Positions 9,960 to 21,352 of a DNA stretch of 64,000 bases are shown in pieces. Location of the stretch: positions 318 through 64,317 of the forward strand of contig JADFZQ010000018.1 of the NCBI GenBank assembly GCA_015232455.1, given 5' to 3'. The stretch is from Desulfamplus sp. (lineage in GTDB: Bacteria; Desulfobacterota; Desulfobacteria; Desulfobacterales; Desulfobacteraceae). Position 1 is the first letter of the stretch. Every line of letters begins with the position of its first letter. Position numbers and translations under genes: made by a program. Under the pieces are notes generated by a model that did no database searches, had not been told where the DNA came from, and saw only the letters and a program-made list of their open reading frames with translations.

Positions 9960-10409
9960 ATGAACATTTCACTATCACTTATGTGGTTCTTTGCGGGTGT
10001 TATCTTTATTATTGCAGAGCTTATACTTCCGGGATTTGTTGTTATCTTTTTTGCTGGGGGAAGTTTTATAGCATCAATTTGTGCATGGCTATTTGATATA
10101 AACTTAACTATCCAAACATCAATTTTTCTCTTTTCGTCTCTATTACTGCTATTTACGCTTAGGAAATACAGCTTGAAAATTTTTAAAGGAAAGGTTATCG
10201 AAAATATGGACGATGACTATGCCAATTCAAAAATTGGAAAACATGCTGTAGTTACTAAGAAAATAACACCAGAACTATCAGGTGAGATAAAGTTTATGGG
10301 AAGTTTCTGGCGGGCAACATCAGAAAGCGTAATTGAAGAGGGAAAATCAGTTGTTATAGAGAGTCAAGCTACAGAAAATGGGCTAACTTTTAGAGTAAAA
10401 GCAATTTAG
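9960..10409 (+). CDS. NfeD-like (YbbJ) membrane protein
   Basis: Three TMs with the ELILPG motif, a C-terminal OB-like GEIKFMGSFWRA, and adjacency to an SPFH gene. Confidence 0.88.
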   Translation: MNISLSLMWFFAGVIFIIAELILPGFVVIFFAGGSFIASICAWLFDINLTIQTSIFLFSSLLLLFTLRKYSLKIFKGKVIENMDDDYANSKIGKHAVVTKKITPELSGEIKFMGSFWRATSESVIEEGKSVVIESQATENGLTFRVKAI

Positions 10410-10618
10410 CAGCAACCAACTGTTTTTTTATCAAATTTCACAAATATAGTTTTCCAGAATACCCCAACAAATAAAGTACTTGTTAATCCAAAAATACTTT
10501 TTTTGAAAAACTATAGGTAAGAATGGATTTCCCATTTAACGATTTAAAAAGTTTAAGAAACTGTTAAAGCTATGTAACACAATTCAAAAACAATCAACAA
10601 CAAAGGATGGAGGTTAAA

Positions 10619-11548
10619 ATGAGCGAGTCATTAGTTGTAATGGGTGTCATTTCAATAGTGGTTATTGTTCTTTTGCTTAAAACCGCTGTTATAGTGCCTC
10701 AACGGTCAGAATTTATAATTGAACGTCTTGGTAGATATAGCAACTCTTTAGGAGCTGGTTTTCATATCCTAATACCATTTTTTGATAAGGTTGCTTATAA
10801 AAGATCGCTTAAAGAGGAGGTTCTTGATATTGCATCACAAGAGTGTATCACAAGAGACAACGTATCTGTTGCAGTTGATGGAGTTTTATATATTCAGGTC
10901 ATTGATAGCAAACTATCTGCTTACGGAATAGATGATTACAAACGTGCAGCAGCCCAGCTTGCTCAGACCTCCCTTCGCTCTGTAATTGGACGTATTGAAC
11001 TTGATAGAACCTTTGAAGAGCGGGAAACTTTAAACCAGCAAGTTGTTTCTGCAATAGATGAAGCAGCAGAGAATTGGGGAGTCAAGGTTCTTAGATATGA
11101 AATAAAAGATATTACTCCACCAAAAACTGTAATGGATGCTATGGAGAAGCAGATGCGAGCAGAGAGAGAAAAGCGGGCAGCAATTGCAACTTCAGAGGGC
11201 GACAGACAGTCAAGGATTAACCGTGCAGAGGGTCTAAAACGTGAAGCAATTGAGGTATCAGAGGGTGAAAAACAAAAAAGAATAAATGAAGCTGAAGGTC
11301 ATGCAAAAGAGATTGAGCTTGTAGCCCTTGCAACGGCAGAAGGAATCAAAAAAGTTGCAGAATCTTTACGTGTTGCAGGAGGTGATACTGCTGCAAACTT
11401 AAGAATAGCAGAAAAATACATTGAACAGTTTGGCAAACTTGCAAAAGAGAACAACACAATGATTATCCCATCAAACCTTGCAGATATATCTTCATTGGTT
11501 GCAGCCTCAATGTCTGTTCTTGGTGAAGTAAGACAAAAAAGGGCTTAA
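10619..11548 (+). CDS. SPFH/Band 7 stomatin-like protein (QmcA-like)
   Basis: ERLGRY, ITRDNV, LRYEIKDI and MEKQMRAEREKRA. ATG at 10619 follows a GGAGG RBS; the track start at 10607 is also possible. Confidence 0.92.
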   Translation: MSESLVVMGVISIVVIVLLLKTAVIVPQRSEFIIERLGRYSNSLGAGFHILIPFFDKVAYKRSLKEEVLDIASQECITRDNVSVAVDGVLYIQVIDSKLSAYGIDDYKRAAAQLAQTSLRSVIGRIELDRTFEERETLNQQVVSAIDEAAENWGVKVLRYEIKDITPPKTVMDAMEKQMRAEREKRAAIATSEGDRQSRINRAEGLKREAIEVSEGEKQKRINEAEGHAKEIELVALATAEGIKKVAESLRVAGGDTAANLRIAEKYIEQFGKLAKENNTMIIPSNLADISSLVAASMSVLGEVRQKRA

Positions 11549-11628
11549 GAAGTAAAGATTTAAGATAGAGCTTGTTTAAATATTTAGGCTCTTAAGAAGT
11601 AAGAGAGACTCAAATTCTGAGGTAAAAA

Positions 11629-12123
11629 TTGATTTTAGCTCGTATCACAATCTGGATTACACACCCATTTCCCGCTTTACTTATAAGGTTTTATATTGGG
11701 GGAATATTTGTCTATGCAAGTCTGCATAAAATAAACCTTCCAGCCGAATTTTCAGACAACATTGCATCGTATCTGTTACTTCCGCATTGGATTGTCAATC
11801 CTATGGCTATATTTCTTCCTTGGATTGAACTTGTAAGCGGAGTATGTCTTATGGCTGGAATTCGTGTCAGAGCATCTGCGTCAATTATCTGTGGATTGCT
11901 TTTAATATTCACTATAGCCGTAATAGTCGTTCTTATAAAAGAGACTCCAATTGATTGTGGCTGTTTCCAGAACGTTGGCGATACTGTATCATGGCTTACT
12001 GTTGGGCGTGATTTAATTTGGCTTATTATGGGTTTATATGTTTATAAATACGATAACCTTATTCACCTTGATCGTCTATTTATGATTAAACCAGAAGATT
12101 TGGATAAACCTGATAACCTGTAA
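11629..12123 (+). CDS. MauE/DoxX family membrane protein
   Basis: GGIFVYASLHKI, LPWIELVSG and the IDCGCF motif. Confidence 0.88.
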   Translation: MILARITIWITHPFPALLIRFYIGGIFVYASLHKINLPAEFSDNIASYLLLPHWIVNPMAIFLPWIELVSGVCLMAGIRVRASASIICGLLLIFTIAVIVVLIKETPIDCGCFQNVGDTVSWLTVGRDLIWLIMGLYVYKYDNLIHLDRLFMIKPEDLDKPDNL

Positions 12124-12520
12124 TAAATGGGCTGGATTAAACGCGATGACCAAGACCATCACTTAGGCGAATTATATCTCTTTTTTGCATCTGTCTCAAT
12201 ATAGTGTTTTTTTTTAAGTGCAAAGTAATTTGTATATGACATTTAACTAATTGTTATAAATTTTTCTATTTAAGTAGAAAAGTTAAAGTATTATAATGCA
12301 TATCTTTGAAATTAAAATTACTGATGAAAAAAAACATTTTGATAAATATTAACAAAAGATGTATGTAAAAATAATGGCAACTTTGCAACAATTCTATTAA
12401 TAAATCCTGTTACGTGTAGCCCTACCTATGTTGTACCTTTTACGATAAAATCAAATAATAGTTTAGTAGCAAAGTAGTTAAGCTTAGATGGAAATCAATA
12501 ATTGCAAAAGGAGAGAGTCA

Positions 12521-15500
12521 ATGGATTTAAACAGAAGAGAGTTTATACAGGTTACAAGTGCCACTGCTGCGGGGCTTGCGGTAAGTGGTCTTGGATTTGA
12601 CCTGATGCCTGTAAAGGCACATGCCCAGATGTTAAAGACCAAATACGCCAAAGAGACAACTACAATCTGCTGCTACTGTGCAGTTGGCTGTGGTGCTATT
12701 GTCCACACAAGTCAAAGGGGCGATGGCAGGGTCATCAACATTGAAGGCGACCCTGATCATGTAATTAATCGAGGTGCTTTATGTCCAAAGGGTGCTTCAA
12801 TCAAACAATTAGTTGAAAATGAAAATAGACTAATACGCCCCATGTATCGCGCCCCATATTCAGATAAATGGCAGGCGGTATCATGGGATTGGGCTTTAGA
12901 GAATATTGCTAAGAAAGTTAAAGAGACAAGAGATGCCACTTTTGAGACTAAAAACTCTAAGGGTCAAGTAGTAAATAGAACAACAGCCATTGCATCTGTT
13001 GGTTCTGCTGCAATGGATAACGAAGAGTGTTGGACATATCAGGCAATGCTAAGGTCTCTTGGGCTTGTCTATGTTGAACATCAGGCTCGTATCTGACACA
13101 GTGCAACTGTAGCGGCTCTGGCAGAGTCGTTTGGACGCGGTGCAATGACCAACCATTGGATTGATATTAAAAACAGTGACTGTATTCTCATCATGGGCAG
13201 CAATGCCGCAGAAAACCACCCCATTTCCTTCAAATATGTAACCGAAGCAATGCAAAATGGTGCAAAACTCATAAGCGTTGATCCCCGTTTTACAAAAACA
13301 TCATCAAAAGCAGATATTTATGCCCCCTTACGTTCTGGAACTGATATTGCCTTTCTTGGCGGCATGATCAAGTATATTCTCGACAACAGCCTATATAATA
13401 AAGAATATACTGCTGAATACACAAACGCATCTTTTATTGTAGGTAAAGATTTTGATTTTAAAGATGGCTTCTTTTCAGGCTATACAAAAGGAAAAGAGGG
13501 TCCATCTATGGGCAGTTATGACAAATCTAAATGGGCTTTTGAAGTTGATGACAAGGGTATTCCAAAGATGGATAAAACCCTTGAAAATCCAAGAAGCGTA
13601 TTTCAGCTTATGAAAAAACATTATGAGCGTTATACCCCAGAGATTGTATCTACAATCACAGGCACATCAAAAGAAGATTTGTTAAAAGTTTATGAAACAT
13701 ATTCAGCTACTGGTAAGACAGGTAAAGCTGGCACAATCATGTATGCAATGGGTTGGACTCAACATACAGTTGGAACTCAGATGATCCGCACAATGTGCAT
13801 TATTCAGCTTCTTCTTGGCAACATGGGTGTTGCTGGCGGTGGTGTAAATGCTCTTCGCGGAGAGTCAAATGTTCAAGGTTCTACAGACCACGCATTGTTA
13901 TGGCACTTGTTACCAGGTTATCTTAAAGGAATCAAAGCATCTAACGACACTCTTACTGCCTATAACACCAAATGGACACCTAAGAGCTTTGATCCTCTCT
14001 CCATCAACTGGTGGCAGAATTATCCAAAATATTCTGTAAGTTTGTTAAAATCATTTTTCGGAGATAAGGCAAACAAAGATAATGATTTTGGTTTTTCATG
14101 GCTTCCAAAAGCAGATGACACAGGAAGTTACTCATGGTTTGACATCTTTGATGCAATGTATAAGGAGAAAATCAAAGGCTTCTTTGCATGGGGACAAAAC
14201 CCAGCTTGTTCAGGCTCAAACTCTACCAAAACAAGAAAGGCTTTAGAAAAGTTAGAGTGGATGGTCAATGTCAACCTATTTGACAATGAAACAGGCTCTT
14301 TCTGGCATGGACCTGGTGTTGATCCATCTAAGGTAAAAACTGAAGTTTTCATGCTGCCGGCAGCAGCTTCAGTTGAAAAAGAGGGTAGCATCATAAACTC
14401 TGGACGCTGGATGCAGTGGCGTTATCAAGGACCAAAACCAATGGGTGACAGCCGTCCTGATGGCGATATTATTCTTGAGCTTTTTAATAAGATAAAAGAG
14501 CTTTATCATAAAGATGCTGCAAATGGCGGGAATGAAAAAGTCGGCAAGAATGGCAAAAAAGGCAAGAAAAATAAGGAGAATAAAGTAAATAAAGGCGGAG
14601 CTTTCCCTGAGCCAATCTTAAATCTTAAATGGGATTATGCCACCAATGGTATTTATGATCCTCACAAAGTTGCAAAAGAGATTAATGGCTACTTCTTAGA
14701 AGATGTAACAATCAAAGATAAGCAGTATAAAAAAGGGACTCTTGTTCCTAACTTCACCATGCTTCAAGATAATGGCTCAACATCTTCTGGCTGCTGGGTT
14801 TACTGCGGTAGCTACACTGAAGATGGTAATATGTCAGCAAGAAAAGATACCACAGATGCTCCAAATAACATAGGACTCTATCCTAAATTTGCATGGGCTT
14901 GGCCCCTTAACCGCCGCATTATTTATAATCGTGCGTCAGTAAATGCTAAGGGAGAGCCTTGGAATAAAGATAAATGGGTTGTCAAATTTGCAGGTGAGCA
15001 AAAAGATGGTAAATGGACAACAAATAAGTGGGATGGCGATGTTCCAGATGGTGGTGCATTTCCACTTGAGAATCCTGATGGAACAAAACGTGAAGATGGA
15101 AAAAATCCATTTATCATGCAAAAAGATGGATATGGTCAGATATACGGATCAGGTCTTGCTGATGGTCCATTTCCTGAACACTACGAACCTTTAGAGTGTC
15201 CTGTTGAGAAAAATTATTTAAGTCCGCAGATGACCAACCCAACAGCAGTTGTTTATTCAACAAGTGAAGATGCACACGCAACCTGCGATCCAAGATTTCC
15301 GTTTGTCGGCACAACATACCGTGTCTGCGAACATTGGCAGACTGGTTTAATGACTCGTCCTCAAGCGTGGTTGATGGAGTTGCAGCCCCAGATGTTTGTT
15401 GAGATGAGTGAAGAGCTTGCAGCTTTAAGAGGAATTAAAAATGGAGAGCGTGTAAAGGTCAGCAGTGCAAGAGCATCAGTTGAATGCACAGCTATTGTAA

Positions 15501-15691
15501 CCAAACGCTTTAAACCGTTTAAAATTGGCAATGGTATTGTTCATCAAGTTGGTGTGCCTTGGCATTATGGCTGGATGTGGCCCTCAAGCGGAGCTGAAGA
15601 GAGTGCAAATCTCTTGACCCCATCTGCCGGCGATCCAAACACCCGTATTCCTGAAACCAAAGCATTCATGGTCAATGTAACCAAAATATAA
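12521..15691 (+). CDS. fdnG: Formate dehydrogenase-N-type alpha subunit, selenocysteine-containing, Tat-exported (Mo/W-bis-PGD)
   Basis: Twin-arginine signal NRREF and Fe-S motif CCYCAVGC...CPKG. An in-frame TGA at 13094-13096 lies in EHQARI-U-HSATVAALAESFGRGAMTNHW. Track ORFs 12488-13096 and 13145-15691 share one frame. ATG 12521 follows GGAG. Confidence 0.96.
13094..13130 (+). promoter_or_regulatory. Sec UGA codon plus bacterial SECIS hairpin
   Basis: TGA, then stem GCGGCTCT (13112-13119) / AGAGTCGT (13123-13130) with a G-containing apical loop about 23 nt after the UGA. Confidence 0.8.
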
Positions 15692-15705
15692 GGGAGGTGA
15701 TCAGC

Positions 15706-16425
15706 ATGGAAAAATCGTTTTTTATTGATACAACCATCTGCACAGGGTGCAGAGGATGCCAAGTAGCTTGCAAACAGTGGCATGACCTGCCTGCTGAAAG
15801 CACAAAGAATTTAGGGACATTCCAAAATCCACCTGATCTCTCATTTATGACCTATAAATTGGTGAGAATGAAAGAAGAACTTATTGAAAATAAATTAAAT
15901 TGGCTCTTTTTTCCAGATCAGTGCCGTCATTGCATAGAAGCTCCATGTTTGGAGATTGCTGAAAATTCTAATGCAATTTACAAAGATGCGTCAACTGGTG
16001 CAATTCTCTATACTGCAAAAACAAAAGAGCTTGATGCTGATGCCATTATTGAATCTTGCCCTTACAACATACCAAGAAAAAGAGAAGATGGAACACTTGC
16101 TAAATGTGATATGTGCAACGATCGTGTTCACAATGGACTGAAACCTGCTTGTGTTCAGACCTGCCCAACTGGCACAATGCAGTTTGGCGACCGTCAGGAG
16201 ATGTTGGATATGGCAAACAAAAGGATTGCCGAAGTTAAAGCAAAGTTCCCAAAAGCTTCACTTCTCAATTCTGATACTTTAAGTGTAATTTATCTTGTTG
16301 CCCATGAACCAAAATTTTACCACGACTATGCTGTTGCATCAAGCAGCAAAATGGAGAGAGGAATAAGCCGTAAAGTTGCACTACGTAAGATGATGGGTCC
16401 ATTTGCTTCACTTGTTCGTGTTTAA
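15706..16425 (+). CDS. fdnH: Formate dehydrogenase iron-sulfur beta subunit
   Basis: CTGCRGCQVAC, CRHCIEAPC, CDMCNDR and CVQTCP. No C-terminal TM anchor, so a soluble FdhAB type. Confidence 0.93.
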   Translation: MEKSFFIDTTICTGCRGCQVACKQWHDLPAESTKNLGTFQNPPDLSFMTYKLVRMKEELIENKLNWLFFPDQCRHCIEAPCLEIAENSNAIYKDASTGAILYTAKTKELDADAIIESCPYNIPRKREDGTLAKCDMCNDRVHNGLKPACVQTCPTGTMQFGDRQEMLDMANKRIAEVKAKFPKASLLNSDTLSVIYLVAHEPKFYHDYAVASSSKMERGISRKVALRKMMGPFASLVRV

Positions 16426-16477
16426 TGTTCCTATTTTTCGTGCTTAATTTTTTCTGTTTGATGAATTTAGTTTAATA

Positions 16478-16510
16478 AGATTTGACAACTTTCTAAAAGT
16501 TGTCAAATCT
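16478..16510. repeat. AGATTTGACAACT-hairpin repeat, copy 1
   Basis: AGATTTGACAACTTT-CTA-AAAGTTGTCAAATCT. The same arms occur at 34768-34801. Confidence 0.75.
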
Positions 16511-16550
16511 ATAAATCTATATCTCCAACCTTTTATAACCATTCAAATAC

Positions 16551-16579
16551 AGGGCTGCATATCTTAAATTAGCAGCCCT
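16551..16579. other. GC-rich hairpin between fdnH and fdhE
   Basis: AGGGCTGC / GCAGCCCT stem with no U-tract. Could be an mRNA stability or processing element. Confidence 0.4.
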
Positions 16580-16601
16580 CCATCTCAAATTAATTATAAC
16601 T

Positions 16602-17558
16602 ATGGATAACAGCATGACGATAGTTGATAGTTGTATCACACTGGAACAGATAAGAAAGTCAGCGTCATCTCTGAGAGTCTTAAGACCTGCATATAAAGAG
16701 TTAATTGATTTTTATGAGGAGTTTTTTATTGCTCAAGAAGAGGCTAAAACCCAAATCAACATTGATGCAATTGCAGTTGAGGTTGATAATCTGTTAAAGC
16801 TTAAAGCAGATAATACTATACCCTTGATAGCTACTTCCGACTTTGTGGTTTTTCCAAATCAAGCAGAGGTGCTTTTTGAAAAACTTTGCAAAATCGCAGA
16901 GGGAAAGGGACCTCCTTCTCTTAGCAGTGCAGCAGAAAAGATTGCTCTGCTGTTATTTAGCAACTCTTCTCAAGTAGAGAGCTATGATCAAACAGAGAAC
17001 TATAAAAAGATAGAGAGCATTTTTAAAGCATTATTAGGCAATGATCATGAAATATTAGAAACAACTGCCAAATCTCTTGAGTTGAACAAAGAGGCTCTAA
17101 CTTTTTTGGGATTTGCGGCAATATCTCCTTATATTCATACTTGTGCCGCCCATTTAAGCCAATACTTAAAACCTGACAGCCAAATTAAATCTGCACAAGA
17201 GAAATTATTGTGGAACAAAGGATATTGCCCTATCTGCGGCACTTCTCCTCAAATGGGTTATTTCAATCAAGATGGAGATAAATATCTTATATGCTCTTTT
17301 TGCCATCATAGCTGGAAAACATCGCGAATGGGATGTTCTTTATGTCAAAATCGGGAAAAGGGCAAACAACACTATTTTTTCAATGAAGAGGAAAAAGAGT
17401 ATCGTGTTGATCTTTGCGATAAGTGTGGAAAATATATTAAAGTTATTGATTTAAGAGAGATTACACGAGATTTTTATCCACCACTTGAGATGCTTTGCAC
17501 CCTTCATTTGGATATGCAGGCAACGGAACAGGGGTATATAAGTGTGCTGTCAAAATAA
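16602..17558 (+). CDS. fdhE: Formate dehydrogenase maturation protein FdhE
   Basis: CPICG, CSFC...W, CSLC and YRVDLCDKCGKYIK motifs, downstream of fdnGH. Confidence 0.92.
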   Translation: MDNSMTIVDSCITLEQIRKSASSLRVLRPAYKELIDFYEEFFIAQEEAKTQINIDAIAVEVDNLLKLKADNTIPLIATSDFVVFPNQAEVLFEKLCKIAEGKGPPSLSSAAEKIALLLFSNSSQVESYDQTENYKKIESIFKALLGNDHEILETTAKSLELNKEALTFLGFAAISPYIHTCAAHLSQYLKPDSQIKSAQEKLLWNKGYCPICGTSPQMGYFNQDGDKYLICSFCHHSWKTSRMGCSLCQNREKGKQHYFFNEEEKEYRVDLCDKCGKYIKVIDLREITRDFYPPLEMLCTLHLDMQATEQGYISVLSK

Positions 17559-18864
17559 ATCTATATGGATTTTTATAGTTATAGCTATCTCATTCAACCT
17601 ATTTGCTGGCTGTCAAGATGATGAAATTAAAGTTCCAATTCCCCCTATGACGCTAAATGTTGATGAGAACGAGGTTGTATTTGGATCGTCTTTAGCTTTG
17701 CAGGGTCATGCAGGCTATCTTGGACAGGAGACTCTTAAAGGTGCAATGTGTTATTTAAACCATGTCAATCAAAAAGGTGGAGTTCATGGACGAACTATTC
17801 GACTGATAACACGCGATGATAGTTATGATCCTCCAAAATGTCTTGCAAATACTCAGCAATTTATTATTGAAGATAGAGTTTTTGGGCTTTTCGGTTATGT
17901 GGGAACTCCCACAACCGTGAAGATTTTGCCTTTAGTTGAAGAAGCTGCAATTCCTCTGCTTGGTATGTTCACAGGTGCTAATGCCCTTAGAGAGCCTTTT
18001 TTGCCATACGTGATTAATGTGAGAGCATCATACTATCAAGAGACTGGTGCTGCTCTACAACATCTCGTGCAAGAGCTTGGACTTAACCGCATCGCTGTCT
18101 TTTATCAGTATGATGCTTTTGGATTTGATGGCTTAACAGGCACTGAGCTTGCACTAAAAAAATTTAATCTTGAGCTTGTAGCACGAGGCAGTTACGTTCG
18201 CGGAACACATGATATTAGAGAAGGTCTTGAAAAAATTATGGAGTCAGAGGCTCAGGCTGTTGTTATGATCGGAACATCAGACCCTTGTGCCAATTTTATA
18301 AGAAACTCTTTGCAAAATGGCTTTTCTCCTATTTTTTATATGGTCTCATTTGTTGGAGCACGTGAGTTATCACGAAATATTATGGATACTGATACTTCAA
18401 GTGTTAATGTTATAATGTCTCAGGTTGTTCCTCCTCCACGAACACAAGATGGTGGAATTGCCCCAAGTGCTGAAGAGTTTGCCCGTCTGCTTGAGCATTA
18501 TTATTCAGGTGAAGAGCCAAATTTTGTAGGATTTGAGGGGTATATTAATGCAAAAGTTTTAGTTGAAGGTTTGCAGCGGGCAGGAAGAGATTTAACACGG
18601 CAATCTTTTTTGCAGGCAATAAACTCAATGAATGATTTTTCTTTAGGTCCTGATGTTCGGCTCTCTTTTAGTCCAACTGACCATCAAGGCATGGATACGG
18701 TCTATTTTACGAGATTACAAAATAATCGTTTTACCCTACTTGCAGATTGGAAAGGGCTAAATAAAAAAAAGTCTATTCTCAATCGCGGGTCTGTAAGCAA
18801 TGATGGTAATTATAGCAGCGAGAGCAATGATCACGGAGTTAAAGAAAAAGGTAATTCTCTATGA
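17542..18864 (+). CDS. Periplasmic binding protein type 1 (LivK/branched-chain-like), probable lipoprotein, without a transporter
   Basis: FAGC lipobox-like signal, GGVHGRTIRLITRDDSYDP and EGYINAKVLVEGL. Overlaps the kinase start by 4 nt. Confidence 0.85.
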   Translation: MCCQNKSIWIFIVIAISFNLFAGCQDDEIKVPIPPMTLNVDENEVVFGSSLALQGHAGYLGQETLKGAMCYLNHVNQKGGVHGRTIRLITRDDSYDPPKCLANTQQFIIEDRVFGLFGYVGTPTTVKILPLVEEAAIPLLGMFTGANALREPFLPYVINVRASYYQETGAALQHLVQELGLNRIAVFYQYDAFGFDGLTGTELALKKFNLELVARGSYVRGTHDIREGLEKIMESEAQAVVMIGTSDPCANFIRNSLQNGFSPIFYMVSFVGARELSRNIMDTDTSSVNVIMSQVVPPPRTQDGGIAPSAEEFARLLEHYYSGEEPNFVGFEGYINAKVLVEGLQRAGRDLTRQSFLQAINSMNDFSLGPDVRLSFSPTDHQGMDTVYFTRLQNNRFTLLADWKGLNKKKSILNRGSVSNDGNYSSESNDHGVKEKGNSL

Positions 18865-20990
18865 TACGCTACTATCAACAACTATCTTTAAAAAATCAGA
18901 TTTACGTTACTATTTTGGTTGCAATTCTTATAATCAGTGCCACAATTGCACTTCTTGCCCGCTGGATTCTTATATCTGGATTAACCAAAGAGCTTGAGCT
19001 TCGAGGTATTGCAGTTGCCCACTCAATTGCCGAACGTGGGGCTGGCTTTGTGCTTGAAAAGAACTCACCAGAGCTTCTTAGCCTTATTTTTGATGAGGCA
19101 CGGCTAAGAGAGCGGCAGCACATGATAAATTATATCTACGTTTTAGATAGAGGCGGACAGGTTATCTCCCACACATTCACCTTCCCATTTCCGTTACAGT
19201 TTAGCAAAGCAAACCCAATGCCAGAAAATGCACTTCACAGTGTAAGACTTATTGAGCATGGAGCAAATACATCTTACGATATTGCAGTTCCAATGAGTGA
19301 GGGTTTATATAGAATTGGAACGGTTCATGTTGGTTTAAGCAAAGAGCATATTGATAATTTGGTCTCAAGATTGCGATTCATGTTTTTGGGTTTTATCTCT
19401 GCTGTAATAATACTTATCTTTTACGTAAGCCATCTTATTTCACGTCATATTACAATGCCCATAACCCGTCTGACCAGAATTTCAGATGAGTTGAGCCGCG
19501 GCAATTTTGATTTTAATTTAGATATGGACGATAATGGAGTTGATCCAGATGGAAACATAGGCTGGGGTATGAACAACTGTCCAGCTTATAAAGATACAAA
19601 CATGCCTTGCTGGCATTTTGATGAGCAAAGCCGCCGTTTTAGAAATATTGATAGTAAAAGCGAGCAGTTGTGCAGAACTTGTGTCTTTTATCGTAAAAGT
19701 CATGGACGCGATGAAGTTACTCAATTGGCTGATTCATTTCTTAATATGGTCTGGTCAATCCGGCTTTATCGTAAAAGGCTTCAAGAATCTGAGTTAAAAT
19801 ACCGCTCTCTTTTTGATTCAGCTCCAAACCCTATTTTTGTTGTTGAGTGTAATAACGAGATCATTTTAGATGCAAACCCTCGGGCTGCTGAACTTTATGG
19901 TTATCCACTTGAAAAGCTTTTTGGAATGCCTTTTGAGAAACTTGGACAAGATCACATTAAAGAGTGTCTTATCTCGATTGATAGCTTAGAGAATGAACTA
20001 AATAATCGTGATGGCTCAGAAAATACACTAAATAATAGCCAAGATAGGGGAGAGAATAGCAAATTAAATAAAGAGTTTAATAACAACGATACTCATAGAC
20101 CAACATATTTACGTGCCAGCGATTACGTCTATTATCCCAAGATTCTGCATCTTAAAAACGGTGGACATCCTTTTTATGTTAATATGCACGCCTGTCCAAT
20201 AAGCTATGGTGGAACTCAGGCAATTGTTGTTGCTGTAACTGATATTACAGAGATGATGGAAAAAGATGCTCAATTGGTTCAAGCAGCAAAAATGAAGACC
20301 CTTGGCGAAATGAGTGCTGGTATTGCACATGAGATAAATCAACCGCTCAATACCATTAAAATGGGCAGCGAGTACCTTAATCTGCTTTTAGACCAAAAAA
20401 GAGCAATAACTGAAGCCCAAATAAGAGATATGGCAACGGAGATAAGTGAGCAGGTTGACAGAGCTACTGAGATCATAAATAATCTTAGGGCTTTTGGTAG
20501 GAAATCAGGTTTGACTATGGAGAAGGTAAGTTTAACAGAGCCGATTCAGGGGGTTTTGTCAATTATTGGCCGTCAATTTTCCATTCAGAGAATTGCAATT
20601 CGTCTTGATCTTGCAGATAATCTACCGTTAGTAAAAGGGCACAATAACAGATTGCAGCAGGTTTTTTTTAATCTGCTAAATAATGCAAGAGATGCGATTC
20701 AAGAGAAGATGGATATTGAGCCTGAACTTTATGGCGATATACTTGTCCGTACATACGCTGAAAATGGCAAGGTTGTAGTTCTATTTAAAGATAATGGAGT
20801 TGGTATTCCAGACGAAGTTCGTAATAAAATTTTTGAGCCTTTTTTCACAACAAAACAGACAGGAAAAGGCATGGGTTTAGGTTTAGCAATTACTTATGGA
20901 ATTGTACGAGATTATGGCGGCACAATTACAATTGAGAGCAAACCAGGAGAGGGAACAACATTTGTTCTTACATTTTCAGCAGTGGACTGA
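18861..20990 (+). CDS. Sensor histidine kinase (TM-periplasmic-TM, HAMP with Cys4 insert, PAS, HisKA, HATPase)
   Basis: H-box [12 protein letters not shown]-box NLLNNARDA, and G-boxes DNGVG and GMGLGL. Confidence 0.93.
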   Translation: MIRYYQQLSLKNQIYVTILVAILIISATIALLARWILISGLTKELELRGIAVAHSIAERGAGFVLEKNSPELLSLIFDEARLRERQHMINYIYVLDRGGQVISHTFTFPFPLQFSKANPMPENALHSVRLIEHGANTSYDIAVPMSEGLYRIGTVHVGLSKEHIDNLVSRLRFMFLGFISAVIILIFYVSHLISRHITMPITRLTRISDELSRGNFDFNLDMDDNGVDPDGNIGWGMNNCPAYKDTNMPCWHFDEQSRRFRNIDSKSEQLCRTCVFYRKSHGRDEVTQLADSFLNMVWSIRLYRKRLQESELKYRSLFDSAPNPIFVVECNNEIILDANPRAAELYGYPLEKLFGMPFEKLGQDHIKECLISIDSLENELNNRDGSENTLNNSQDRGENSKLNKEFNNNDTHRPTYLRASDYVYYPKILHLKNGGHPFYVNMHACPISYGGTQAIVVAVTDITEMMEKDAQLVQAAKMKTLGEMSAGIAHEINQPLNTIKMGSEYLNLLLDQKRAITEAQIRDMATEISEQVDRATEIINNLRAFGRKSGLTMEKVSLTEPIQGVLSIIGRQFSIQRIAIRLDLADNLPLVKGHNNRLQQVFFNLLNNARDAIQEKMDIEPELYGDILVRTYAENGKVVVLFKDNGVGIPDEVRNKIFEPFFTTKQTGKGMGLGLAITYGIVRDYGGTITIESKPGEGTTFVLTFSAVD

Positions 20991-21091
20991 TATTCTTAGT
21001 AAGAATTTATATAAATTAGGTTAGAAACAAGAATCAAATTCTATGACTTCAGTAAATTTTATAATATTTAATATAACGGGGCAAATAAAGT

Positions 21092-21352
21092 ATGAGGATC
21101 AATGTTATAAAAATAGGTAACTCACAAGGAGTTTTTATTCCACGACCATTTCTTGATCAAATTGGGATCAAAGATGATGTTGAAATTGAAGTGGATAAAA
21201 ATAGAATTATCATAACCCCTATTTTCGATTCAGTCCCAAGAGCGGGGTGGGAAAATGAATTTAAAGCAATGGCAAAAAAATTTGATGATAAATTAATAAT
21301 TGGAAAAGATATTGTTTCTCATTCATGGGATAATGAGGAATGGGAATGGTAG
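21092..21352 (+). CDS. mazE: AbrB/MazE family antitoxin
   Basis: IKIGNSQGVFIP...EIEV...IIITP, overlapping a MazF gene. Confidence 0.88.
   Translation: MRINVIKIGNSQGVFIPRPFLDQIGIKDDVEIEVDKNRIIITPIFDSVPRAGWENEFKAMAKKFDDKLIIGKDIVSHSWDNEEWEW

Noticed and set aside
12124-12520. Moco/Wco riboswitch or ModE/Rex site upstream of fdnG
   Set aside because: The region is AT-rich and I could not match the conserved helices or palindromes.
12488-15691. fdnG as two genes or a nonsense pseudogene
   Set aside because: The stop is the conserved Sec codon, with a SECIS-like hairpin and in-frame continuation.
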